Source: Octopus sinensis
Taxonomy: Eukaryota
Direction: 5' to 3'
DNA: 64,000 bases
Assembly (NCBI RefSeq): GCF_006345805.1
Contig: NC_043000.1
Span: forward strand, 107,074,001-107,138,000
Both the position numbers and the translations under genes were made by a program. The notes beneath the pieces were generated by a model, which worked only from the letters and a program-made list of their open reading frames with translations, searched no databases and was not told where the DNA came from. Shown one piece after another: positions 12,867 to 25,135 of the stretch. Within the stretch, counting starts at the first letter, position 1. Each line of letters opens with the position of its first letter.

Positions 12867-13750
12867 TACTGGAGTCGATCCGTTCGACTAATATTCTTCC
12901 CAGCGGTGCTCCAGTATGGTTGCAGTCTAATGACTGAAACAAGTAAAAGATAAAAATCATTTACTAGTTCGGGACAATTGCGAATTTCTTACCGATTTGT
13001 AACAGGCGGAAATTAAAACTCAAATGTAAAAGAGAAAGAAATGAAAATTCATGATGTTAATATATTGAGATTTCAGATCAGATAGATTATGGGGTGTAGA
13101 TTTGAATCTATACATCATAATCTATCTAATTTGAAATCATAGTTTGAAGACAATACCCTCAGTCATAAATCTTAGGTGTAGTGGACGTTCCATACATTAC
13201 TAATTTTGAAAGCAGGACTTTCACTATATATTAGTAATGACCACTAAACCTGATAATCATAATTAAGTGCAAAGCAAGAAGGGATTTTTTTCAATCTGAC
13301 CGACAGATTTTTTAATTAATTTTTTGTTAACTAAACACTTTGATACTTCGGATACTGGTAGAATGTGACACATAGAACAGGGTTTACTCTCAACGTTTTT
13401 GAAAAAAAATTTGTATTTTAGAAGTTATTTCGTGTTAAAGTTGTTGAATTTGGGTAATTTTAACCAATTAATGGCGTGTATTCAGCTGAAGAAAATTACT
13501 GCTGCTATCTGCGAACAACAACTTCCGGGTCCATTCTCCTAAAAAAACCCTTCTTTAATAACCAGAGATATTTCTATAGCAACATAGGTTTGCTGCATCG
13601 GGGTTGATTTGAGGCTAAATAACAACCAGGTAAAGCTTCTCTCGTTGCCTCGTCTCGTTATACGTAAACCTCCACACTTTATGTCTTTGTATTGTCCTTC
13701 GCCTTAGCGGCAAATAAAAGAAATCATCATCACTTACTATTATTATTATT

Positions 13751-13965
13751 AAGGCGGCGAACTGGCAGAATCGTTACCACACCGGGCGAAATGCTTAGCG
13801 GTATTTCGTTTGCTGCTATGTTCTGAGTTCAAATTTCGCCGAGGTCGACCTTACCTTTCGTCCTTTCGGGGTCGATTAAATAAGTACCAGTTACACACTG
13901 GGATCGATGTAATCGACGTTATCCCTTTCCCTCAAATTGAGGCCTTGTGTTTCCAGTAGAAAGGA

Positions 13966-13996
<31 letters not shown>

Positions 13997-14001
13997 TATA
14001 G

Positions 14002-14034
<33 letters not shown>

Positions 14035-14111
14035 CGGATCAACGAGATTCCCACTGTCCCTATCTACTGTCTAGCGAAACCACAGCCAGGGGAACGGGCT
14101 TGGACGGATCG

Positions 14112-14151
<40 letters not shown>

Positions 14152-14662
14152 TCTTTTATGCTCTAGCACCTGACCTGTATTATTATTATTATTATTATCA
14201 TTATTATTATTATTAAGGCGGCGAGCTGGCAGAATCGTTAGGACGCCGAGTAAAAATGCTTAGCGGCATTTAGTCTGTCTTTACAATCCAAGTTCAAATT
14301 CCACTGGGGTCGACTTTGCCTTTCATCTTTTGAAGCCGATAAATTAAGTACCAGTGAAGCACTGAGGTCGATGTAATCGACTCATCCCCTCCCCCCAAAA
14401 TGCTGCCCTTGTGGAAAAATTTGAAACCATTATCATCATTATTATTAAGGTAGCGAGTTGGCAGAATCGTTTGCTCGCTGGGCGAAATAGTTAGCGACAT
14501 TTCGTCCATCTTTACGTTCTGAGTTCAAATTCCACCGAGGTCGACTTTGCCTTTCATCCTTTCGAGGTCGATAAAATAAGTACCAGTTAAATACTGGGGT
14601 TGATGTAACCGACTTACCCGCCTCCCCTGAGATTGCTGACTTGTGCCAAAACTTAAAATCAT
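13751..14662 (+). mobile_element. Array of three SINE family B copies separated by (ATT)n, with the 28S fragment between copies 1 and 2
   Basis: AAGGCGGCGAGCTGGCAGAATCG heads at about 13751, 14216 and 14447; tails ending in (ATT)n. Other copies at 4592-4800, 9284-9432, 16770-16985, 28880-29025, 43290-43490 and 54950-55375. Confidence 0.85.
14000..14151 (+). pseudogene. 28S rRNA fragment (dispersed, ~150 bp)
   Basis: AGATGCCTCGTCATCTAATTAGTGACGCGCATGAA...GAGATTCCCACTGTCCCTATCTACT..CTAGCGAAACCACAGCC..GGAACGGGCTTGG...GGGGAAAGAAGACCCTGTTGAGCTTGACTCTAGT is the conserved LSU rRNA segment. It is flanked by (ATT)n, with no other rDNA nearby. Confidence 0.95.
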
Positions 14663-14671
14663 GATTATTAT

Positions 14672-15070
14672 CAGGACAAGGCCGAAAGGCATGCGAATAG
14701 ATACATTCCTCTTTGATAGAACTCTCATCGACTTCTTCAAGTTTCACTTGAAAAGGAAACTGAGAATGGAGAAGGAAGTGCTGTCCTCGAGTGAGTTTAT
14801 TGAAAGATGGGCGAAAGTTGCGAAAATAGAAAGAGTGGGTGGTACTTCTCTAAGTGAAGACCTGTGAGTCGGAGAGAAGGAATTGGAGAGGGCACTTGCT
14901 CATAGGGTTTCAGGGAAATCTCAGGCAGTTGGTTCCTCGATTATCCCTAGAGACGTTCTTGTATCAGAAGGGTCACATCTCTATTATCCTTCTTCCTTTT
15001 CTTTTACCTTTGTATGCTGTGCATATGTCTCTTCTTTTCCAGTGTATACCGTGTATACTTCATTTTTTTT
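14672..15070 (+). mobile_element. 3' fragment of a Tx1/L1-like LINE ORF2 plus UTR
   Basis: RTRPKGMRIDTFLFDRTLIDFFKFHLKRKLRMEKEVLSSSEFIERW...* resembles Tx1-type C-termini from memory; followed by a pyrimidine-rich UTR. Confidence 0.45.
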
Positions 15071-15077
15071 ACCATTT

Positions 15078-15478
15078 CAGGAGTGGCTGTGTGGTAAGTA
15101 GCTTGTTTACCAACCACATGGTTCCGGGTTCAGTCCCACTGCGTGACACCTTGGGCAAGTGTCTTCTACTATAGCCTCGGGCCGACCAAAGCCTTGTGAG
15201 TGGATTTGGTAGATGGAAACTGAAAAGAAGCCCGTCGTATATATGTATATATATATATATATGCGTGTGTGTGTTTGTGTGTCTGTGTTTGTCCCCCTAG
15301 TATTGCTTGACAACCGATGCTGGTATGTTTATGTCCCCGTTACTTAGCGGTTCGGCAAAAGAGACCAACTGGGCTTACAAAAAGAATAAGTCCCGGGGTC
15401 GACTTGCTCGATTAAAGGTGGTGCTCTAGCATAGCCGCAGTCAAATGACTGAAACAAGTAAGAGAGAAAAGAAAGAGA
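15078..15478 (+). mobile_element. SINE family A copy
   Basis: Near-full-length match to 8321-8741. Confidence 0.85.
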
Positions 15479-15554
15479 TATGTAAATTCCCACACTTTAT
15501 CTCTGTCTCTGCATTGTCCCTCTCATCCTTCACCTTTGTGGCAAATAAATGAAA

Positions 15555-15585
<31 letters not shown>

Positions 15586-15586
<1 letters not shown>

Positions 15587-16742
15587 TACATTTAATCTGC
15601 ATGTTTGTTACAATCACTTTCCGAGACACACCCAGTGTCCTGGGGCGAGTGAAGGATAAGAGATGTTACAGTATCACTGAAAGCTTGAGGAGAGGAAGTA
15701 GTGAAATATCTTCATATAATACAACACATTTAAATTGACAGCGTTTTTCTAAGGATGAGGATAGTACTTGTCAGTACAATCTTTTGGATTTTTCTGAGAC
15801 ATAGTTCTCCTGGGATCTTATCTAGATATTTCTGATATAACTTTTTATCATACTTAGGGCAACTACAATAACAGGGACAGTTCTCGTTTTAAGACGCCTC
15901 ATCTTTTGTATTTCAATTTCCGGATCTTTGTATTTGCTTAGTTTGTCAAATACCTTGACAGATATATTTTTATCAGTGGTAACACTTACATCTATTAGTC
16001 TACAAATATTTTCTTCCCTGTCTTTAATAATTACATCTGCTCGATTAGCCTCGATTGTTCTGTCAGTGTTCACTGGAAAATCCTAGAGGATAGTGACATT
16101 TTTATCTTCAACGACTGGCTCAGGATGATGTTCTTACTAGTAAGCAGGAGTGCTGATTTTGTAGCGTTTACATATTCTCCAGTGTAAATACTGTCCAACC
16201 CTATGGTGGCGATTTTTATATTCGTTTGGTGTCAGCACAGGACTTCCCGAGACGAGATGGTCTGTTTTTTCTACTCTAGGCACAAGGCTCGAAATATTTT
16301 GGGGATGGCGCCAGTCGATTACATCGACGCCAGTATAGGATGTGACTTTTTTACTGTTTTTGTGTTTGCACACAAGTCGCAGCATCTAGTTCCCTGTACT
16401 AGACAAGTACCCGTTCATTGCTATAGTGGATTCTTATAGGACAGTTCTACCTGCATCATTCCTCTTCCCTCGTTACTTCTAGGTAGGTACAGACGATCAA
16501 CATCTGCTTTTGGGTGGTGCATGTTTTTAGAAGTTAGTAGTTTTCTTGTCTTCCTGTCCAGGCGTTGGAGCTCTGTAAGATTCCAGTTAATGATGTTAAA
16601 ACTATATTCGACTATTAGAAGTGCCAAGGTGTTAATGGCGTCAATGCAATTTTTACAGTTGAGTGCAGTTTTTAGTATTGAGTCTTATTCTCCTGTAATA
16701 TTCCTTTCTTATTTTTCTCTTTATGGTAGCATATTATCAATA
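15586..16742 (-). mobile_element. Divergent, internally deleted R4/Dong-like element
   Basis: YSFNIINW...LDRKTRKLLT..MHHPKADVDRLYLPRS.EGRG, then EYKNRHHRVGQYLHWRICK and TDRTIEANRADVII...LIDVSV...KLSKYKD; frameshifted; (TAA)n on both ends. Confidence 0.82.
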
Positions 16743-17777
16743 TCATTATTATTATTATTATTATTATTACGGTGGCAAGCTGGCAGAATCGTCAGCACGC
16801 CGGACGAGATGCTTAGCGACATTTAGTCCATCTTTACGTTCTGAGTTCAAATTCCGCTGAGGTCGACTTAGCCTTTGATCCCTTCGGGGTCGATAAATTA
16901 AGTACCAATGAAACACCGGGGTCGATGTAATCAACTAGTCCCCTCTCCCAAAATTCCAAGGCCTTGTGCCTTCAGTAGAAAGGATTATTATTGTTGTTGT
17001 TGTAGTTGTTAAAGCGGTGAGCTGGCAGAATCGTTAGCACAGTGAACTCACAACCTTTTTACTTGCATGAATCAAAGAGAAAATTACAATGCTGCTGAGT
17101 CAGAACTTTTCCAGTATTTTGATCGAGACGAGTTCACTTCTGGTAGATTTTAGAAGATTCAGATTGGAGGAAGTTCTTCAACTTGAACTGAAACAAAATC
17201 TCTTTTGATTACTAGATGACATTCAAACTCTTGGCAATGACACATTACCCCTTGTATTATAAGATGAACAATACCCCCAATATTTATAAAGAATATTTGG
17301 TTGCTTTTTGTTTGCACAAGATAAAGATATGGCCATTTAATCTGAACTAGCCGTAAAAATTCAGAGAAGCCAAAATAAGTGAAAACAGTCTAAGTGTTAT
17401 AGAATGGTAGATACTAGAGGAGGAGAGAATTGATAAGCTTCATCCTGTTTAAGCAAAGTGATGCTTGATAGCTTAGACAGATCTCTGCAAAATATTGAAG
17501 AATCCATAAGTTTGTTTTGGAATATACAAAGATTGAAAGATAGATATTAGCCTCAAACTGATTCATTTTATAAATGTGTTTCCACATTGCAAGCCACGGT
17601 ATCTACATTAAGGTTTAAATTGTACAAAGATGTAGTTCAAAAACTACTGTCTCGATCTTATGCTGAGGAAGGCATTACGTGAAAGTAAATAAGGAAACTT
17701 ACTGGGTACTGTAGAGTTGAAACCAGTTTATTGCTATCAGTTAATAGTCCTTCGTACATAAAGAATACACATATATA

Positions 17778-19057
17778 TTGGTTGGCAAGAAAGTAATTTC
17801 GGCTTTTTAGTGTGAAATAAAAGTCTTCTTTTTTTTTCGTACAAAGAATGAACTTTAATCAATTATATATTTTCCACTGTGTTCAATGACCTTTTGCCAT
17901 TTTTCTGGCAACTTCATGATTCCGCGCTCATAGAACTTCTGGTCCTTATCAGCTAAAAACTGAAGTGAATGCGATTTCAGGTCATCATCGTTATTGAAAG
18001 TTTTATTATTCAAAACATTTTGTAAACTTTGAAATAAATGGTAATCTGATGGTGCAAGATCAGGGCCATATGGTGAATGACCCATCACTTCCCAACCAAG
18101 CTCCAATAATATTTCGCGGGTTAGCAAAGACGTGTGTGGTTTAATGTTGTCATGGTGGAATACGATTCCTTTACGATTTGCCAATTCTGGTAGTTTTTCT
18201 TTGATTGCTTTCTCCAGTTTCATTAGTTGTTGACAGTAAACATCTGAATTGATCGTTTGGTTCCTTGGAAGTAACTCAAAATACACAACACCTTTGTAAT
18301 CCCACTAAATTGACAGCATAACCCTTTTTGATGCAATTCAGCTTTCGATATGATTTCTGCTGGTTCATTACGCTCGGACCATGATCGTTTTCGATTGATG
18401 TTATTGTAGACCATTCATTTTTCATCATCAGTGAAAGTTGATTTAAAAAAAAAAAGGTCGATTTCATTGTGTTTGAGATGCATATCGCAAATATTGATTT
18501 GTTGTGTTAAGTGAATCTCTTTCAAGTTATGTGGAACTCAAATATCGAGCTTCTTAATGAGTTCAAGACATTTTAAGTGGTTTTTCAGTTGTTGCATGTG
18601 ATACATTTAACCACTCTGCAATCTCTTGCGCAGTTATATGACAATCAGATTCAATTATGGCTTTGATTCGGTCATCATCAACTTCAGTAAGTCGACCACA
18701 ACGTTAGTCATATTTGAAGAAAAATCTCCAGAACAGAATTATTTAAACCATTTCTGATATGTGCGTTCTGTTAAGCAATCAACACCATAAACTTCACATA
18801 TCTCTTTGTGAGCCTCAGCAGCTTTCTTGCCTTTACGGAAATAAAAAGCAAAATAAGGCGAAAATGTTCCCGTTGCAATTCATGTTAAAATTGACACTGA
18901 ATAGCTGTAAACAAAATTACGTCCAATTTGCTTCTAAAGTAAGCTAAAAGTAACGGCTATCAAATGTCAAAAGGAAAAAAATCATAACATTGACAAAAGT
19001 TAAAGATCGCAACTCTATCCATTTGCGAAAAACGAAATGACTTTCTTGCCAACCCAA
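17778..19057 (-). mobile_element. mariner (Tc1/mariner) DNA transposon relic, ~1.28 kb
   Basis: TA-TTGGTTGGCAAGAAAGTAATTTCG at left and reverse-complement TTGGGTTGGCAAGAAAGTCATTTCG-TA at right. ORF 17855-18286 has FHHDN..PH, HSPYGPDLAPSDYHLF and GIMKLPEKWQKVIE (D,D34D C-terminal half); upstream is frameshifted. The TIR resembles that of Hsmar1. Confidence 0.93.
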
Positions 19058-19619
19058 TAAATATAACTACAAACTTATCATTCAAATATGCTTGAGGCAT
19101 ATTCAAACCCATAAGAAAGGTATTTACTGTAATTTGTCATGGAGAAAATTTCTCGTTCTAGACAAATAGATGTAAATACACAGTCAGCTCACAGCGACCC
19201 TAACCAAACTGATGCATTTTGGAGTGGTTATCTCTTCTTCAGCAACAAAGACTGGAAAGGTACACACTGCGAATTGACACGAGAGACAGGTTCCTCTTAT
19301 GATATTATAACCCGTCATCCTGCAATGATTGGTTCCAAATTTCAGCAGCTCGCTGTAAATAAAATGTATACATACACATGTAAATGCATACCCTAATAAA
19401 TCTGAATTTATGGAGGGCTCAAGGGTATATAGGTAGAAAGAGGACAATAAGCTCAACTACAAGGGAAAGGAAGGTGATTTTAGTATGATGGTCAGAATGA
19501 ATTCCAATGTGTCAATAAAAGCTTATCAAAGTGCGGTCATTTTGAAAATATTTCACCTCTTGTATTTAGAAAATCAGCAATCACCAATTTTACTAATCCA
19601 CAATGTATTTTGTTTTAAT

Positions 19620-20139
19620 TATTATAATAATTATTTTAAAATTTGGCACAACGCCAGCAATTTTAGGGGCAGGGATTTAGTTCATGAGAACAACCCAAGC
19701 GCTTAACTGGTAGATATTTTATATGAAACTGCGAAAGCAAAGTCGGCCCCGATGGAATTTGAACTCAGAACGTAAACAGCCAGGAGAAATACTGTTAATC
19801 ATTTTGTCGAATGTGCTATCGACCTGCCAACTCACTGCCTTAAGAATAACACGATTATTTCTAATTTTTGGCACTTGGCCAACAATTTTTAGCAGGAGGG
19901 GATTACTTGAGACAGTTGACCCTAGTACTTGATGAGTGGCTGACCGCATCAGCATTTCGATTTCCAAGTATAGGCTGTCCATCCAAGTGTAGTGTAGTGG
20001 CAGGCTCATTAGACAGTGGAGTGGCAGACTCATCAGACAGAATGCCTTTTCCTTGTCTTCAATCTCTAATTTCTATTAATCCATAGTTCCTATGTGTTCC
20101 AGAACAAAAGATGTGGCCATGCTAGAAGGCTACCATTTA

Positions 20140-20174
<35 letters not shown>

Positions 20175-21022
20175 TTTTAGATTGGCACTAGATTAGCAAT
20201 TTAACAATCAAATCAATCTTAGTAATTATCTGATATTTCATTTTACAAATTCTAGAAGTTAAGAAAAAGAAGTTCAACATAGTGGAATTTAAACTCAGAA
20301 TATAAAGAGTTGAAACAAATACTGCAAAGCATTTTATCCAACACTAAGAATTCTGCCAAACTATATACTGCAAGTATAAGGCCTGAAATTTCTTTTAGGA
20401 GAAGAGGCTAGTCCAGTATGGTGACCCGAAGTGCTCATCTGGCGTTTATTTCATCAACTGCAAAAAAGAATGAATGGTAAAATAAACCTCAGTTGAATTT
20501 AAACTCAGAACATAGAGAAATGCGCTGCAAAACATTTTATCTGACATGCCAACAATTCTGCCAGCTCACCGCCTTTATAATAATCCTTTCTACTATAGGC
20601 ACAAGGGCTGGAATTTGGGGAGGGGGGATAGTTGATTATATTGACCCCCAGTACTCAACTGGTACTTATTTTATTGACTCCGAGAGGATGGAAGGCAAAG
20701 TCAAATCTCAGTGAAATTTGAACTCAGAATGTGGTGACAGACCAAATACCGCTAAGCATTTCATCCAGAGTACTAACGAGTCTACCAGCTTGCTGTCTTA
20801 ATAATCCTATAGGCACAAGGCCTGAAATTTGGGTGGGAGGTGGGGGGGGGGGGAATAGTCGATTACATCAACCCCAGTGTTTCACTGGTACTTAATGCAT
20901 CCACCCCAAAAGAAAGAAAGGTAAAGTCGGCTTTGGCAGAATTTGAACTCAGAACGAAGCAATGGGCAAAATACAGCTAAGCATTTCATCTAGAGTGCTA
21001 ATGATTCTGCCAGCTCACTGTC

Positions 21023-21025
<3 letters not shown>
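19620..21025 (-). mobile_element. Cluster of about six decayed SINE family B copies
   Basis: Repeated GGAATTTGAACTCAGAA and TTCTGCCAGCTC motifs separated by (TAA)n. Confidence 0.75.
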
Positions 21026-21051
<26 letters not shown>

Positions 21052-21053
<2 letters not shown>

Positions 21054-21413
21054 GGGCACTCAGAGAGCACAAACCTCCACCAAGGCATACCAACGTCCTC
21101 TCAACAATTAACCGGAGATGATTTTTAAAATGAAAATATCTGAAATAAACTTGACTGCTCTCACAAACGAGGGTACTAAAAATGAACTTGACTGCTCTCA
21201 AAAATTAAATAGAAAAAAAAAACAGGAAAAATAACCCAGAATCCTTCTCTGGTAGCAGATTGATCCCAAAATCTAATCAGTTCGTGCCAGTCACAAGGCC
21301 AAGCATCCCTGAAAGTTTCATCTGAATCCATCCAGCAGTTCTTGAGATATCTTGTCCACGAACAAACAAACATGACTAAAAACAATACCTCTGCCTTCGC
21401 TAAGGCGGAGGTA
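21052..21413 (+). mobile_element. Helentron-associated non-autonomous element (HINE/DINE-like)
   Basis: 5' subterminal ACCTCCACC(AAGG) and 3' terminal hairpin TACCTCTGCCTT-cgct-AAGGCGGAGGTA, inserted in (TAA)n. This asymmetric subterminal-IR plus 3' stem-loop layout is typical of HINEs. Confidence 0.6.
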
Positions 21414-24400
21414 ATAATAATAACAACAAAGACAAGATATGGTTAAGTCAATGTTTACTTTACAATGAGATCATATATATTTGCATACACACTCACACAT
21501 ACAGAGCTACTTATGCTTGTATAATGTAAGTGAATAATTGAGTTGTCCAATAAAAAATATAATGTTAATATGTAGTTGCCATATGTGAACAGGAATTTCA
21601 TTTCATTTTATCCTCTTTTTCAAGTTTTTCAATGAAAGAAAAAAAAACAACAATAATAATAAACCTTGGTGTACTGCAAAAGATAGAACATTGTTCCATA
21701 CTGCAGGCCACATATTTTGGGCAAATTATGGTATTAGAACAGGAGGGAAGAGAGTGGGGAGCAGAGAGAGATGAAGAGAGAAGTACCTTGAATTTACTGA
21801 GACAAAAATCAGGATTTATATTTTCTTTGTTCTTTTTCTTTTTTTTAAAAAGTTTTGTTTGATTTTTGTCAATATCTGTGTGTGTTTATGTATGATGGGG
21901 GTCTTGTTTTTTGCTACTTTAAATATTTTTCAATTGATTTTAGGGAGAGAAAACAAAGAAAAATATGTTAAGCCTTTTGATACCAACTCACCCGAGACAC
22001 AAAACTTTGTGTTCAAAGAGATCTAGATTAAAACCTTCCATCAAAATTTATGTTCCAAATACCAGCTTGATGAATGACAAAGCTATTTTACTAAATTCAT
22101 CATTAACAAAATTAATTAAAACAAAGGCAGTGGATTTCAACAGAAATATGGTAACAAAAAGGGTTAAAGCAAACAGAAAGAATAAATAAAAATTATTGGA
22201 ATCAACTCAAAATTCTACAAAAAATATATATTATATACATATCCTTGTGCTCATTCATATTCTACATAGGTAATGAATGTGTTACTGAATTTGAATCATA
22301 AAAATATAAAGAATAAACATTTAATAATCGAAAAACTATGATGATTCTTTTACTAGTTTCATTCTTTGGACTGTGGCCATGCTTCAGGTAGAAACTACAA
22401 AATTCTTTAGATATTTTACTGACCTTGGAGAAATTCAAGAAACCAAAAGTTGATTAGGTGTAAAGGGACATAATCCAAATAGCATATTTTTGTTCTACCC
22501 CCATATGTATACACACACAGACATGCACGCTGTCCAACAGGCTTCCATACACTTTTCATCTACTAAATTCTAGTTGAAGGTTTTGGTCAACCCAAGGTTA
22601 TGTTAGGAAGACACTTGTTCATTGAAATTGAACCTGTAACCACATTATTGCTAAGTAAACATCTTGACCCCAGGACAAAGTATAATAGACAGAATATTTC
22701 TAATCTCTTTTAGTAAGCTTGGCAAAATACCACAGATTATGCACGTCAGTGTGTAGGAGTCTCTGTTTCTTGGTTGTGAGATTAATTTCTGTGTGGAGAA
22801 AAGTGAATAAACCACAGTATATTATTGGTGTTTATTTTATTGTTTCTACCAAGATTTGAACTCAGAATTTTTAGAGTTAAAGCCACGATCAACCACCCAG
22901 TCTTCATATCCTCTTTTACATATCATTTTACTTAGTGTTACCCAGGAAGGGCAGAGCAATAACAATGGTAGAGAAAACCCAAGCTGGATAGCATAATTAC
23001 AATACAAGGTTGACATCAACCCATAACTCTGCTCCCTACCAAAACAGTGTGCAAATGGGACACACTACAAAACATATGAACAGCTCCATTGCAGGTTGTG
23101 TTGGTGGTTTATGCATTAAGGATTAATAATGGATAGCTACTATATTACATATCATTTCACTAATACTAATGTACTTGTGTGTAGAAAGTTGCATGAGCCG
23201 TTACAAATAACAGCCCAAACTCACAAGTTACACCTTACTTTAACTCTTTAGCATCTAAACTGGCCATATCCAGCCCAAATATTTTACTTGCTTTATGTCC
23301 AAACTAGCCAGATCTGTCCTCTCACACCTAGCCTACAATGTCATTCTAAGAATAAACAATTAGATCATTGAAATGTCAAAGCTATGAGATAATACATGGT
23401 TAATTCAAAGCAATGTGAATAAATACGCATTACATTTGGCAGAGTAATCTGAATGCTAATAGGTTAAAACAAAATATATATATAGTACTCAATTAGAGGT
23501 TAAAATAGCCTCGTTAAGGGATAGTAATATCCAATGAATTACTGGTTCATTATTTAATATCTTTCATGAATAATAATATTCATAAAATAATAGGTCTAAA
23601 TATAAATCTTGGTTTCTACATATTCAAAAGAAAATTAAGAAAATGGAGATATAGCATTAACATAACTTACTATCTGCAAAAATCCAACATATTCTCTTAC
23701 AGCTGTTTCAATTAAGCCTAAAACAGTATATGTTGGATCTTTGCAGATAATAAATTATATCTCCATTTTCTTAATTTTTTTTTTATATATAAGATACTGC
23801 AGTTCTAGCTGCACCTGTCTTAACCATTTTGATACCAACCTGCTTGAGACTACTCCTGGTTCTATGATACAAATTTCCAGTTTTAAAGTAATTTAAAACC
23901 ATCAAATTTTTATGTTACTTTATATTCTATACACCACCTTAATAACAGAAAATATTTTACAAAATACTAAATTATTTTTTTAAATTCCTTGAAGGCAGTG
24001 TGTCTGAATAAAGATGGAGTAACTATAGGGTTAAAATAACTTGAAAGCATTTGATCATAGTCTTGTTCAATCAGGGCTGATGTCAGTCCTAGCAGCAAAA
24101 CTATATATACACAAGAGTTAGTGGACAAATGAAAGAGGCATTCAGCATATTTAAGAGTTATATGTGTAATCATTTAAAACAGTCTGATTTGCCCCATACA
24201 ACTTAGTTTCATAGGCTCATCACAAGAACCTAGCTTGTTGGCCATTCAGCTGACTGAAAATAACAAGCTGGGTTCCTGTAACAAGTCTACAAAACTAAGT
24301 TGTATGAGGTCAAATCAAACAGTTTTAAATAATAGTAATATGTGAATTTAGAATTCAACTCTATCCAGGACTAATAGATTTTAAGTTATTTATCTGAACA

Positions 24401-25094
24401 CAACTCTGTGGAGGTCTATACCATGCTTACTGCATGTTCTCCCGCTCTCAATATATATATGTAATATGAACAAATTAGGCAAGATAAAGAATACCAAATA
24501 GGAAATAAAACCAACTGATTTATAGAAGAACATGTTTTAACAATTCTATACCTTCTCCAATAACATACATCTTCATATCTTATTCCATAGACACTGTTAC
24601 ATCAACATTCACTCGCATATCTTCTATATGTATTCTAAAGAAAAATGGAAAGAAGGCAACTGAACAAATAATGTCTTTTTAACGTTTTAATTTGCTTTTT
24701 TATAGAAATCGAAAGAAGTATAAATATTATCAACATTATTGAGTTTTTGGACACCCAGATAATTTGGAAAATACTTGGGTATAAATGATACATTAATCAA
24801 AGCAATTATTATTATGAAGATGAGTGTGGATGATGACCGAATCAACAATTTTTTTTTTTTTTTTGGTATTTTTTTTTACCTGTTTATTGTAAATCGACAC
24901 AGTAAAGACTGTTCAACCCATTTGAAAACCAACTTTGCTTGATGCTTATTAACTTTGGAGTTCAATAATAAACATTTTCAGCAACAACAATTTGCTATAA
25001 CAGAGTGAGATAGTTCCAATCATTGTCTATGTATGTGTGTGTGTCTGAGCATGTGTGTGTTGTGAGCATAAGTGTGTATGTGTGCATGTGTATG

Positions 25095-25135
<41 letters not shown>

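Noticed and set aside
13069-13138. ~70-bp imperfect hairpin; similar small foldbacks at 23631-23782 and 61120-61215
   Set aside because: Most likely degraded MITE ends in AT-rich DNA; no basis to call a miRNA or regulatory RNA.
19139-19456. Overlapping 85-90 aa ORFs in non-repeat sequence
   Set aside because: No recognisable motifs or splice context; expected by chance.
19940-20090. GC-richer segment with a duplicated 20-bp unit that looks exon-like
   Set aside because: All three frames close within ~30 nt of the only plausible acceptor; no recognisable protein.
24883-24888. AATAAA on the minus strand followed by an A-rich run as the RBL poly(A) site
   Set aside because: AATAAA is frequent by chance in this AT-rich DNA; it cannot be singled out without 3'-end data.
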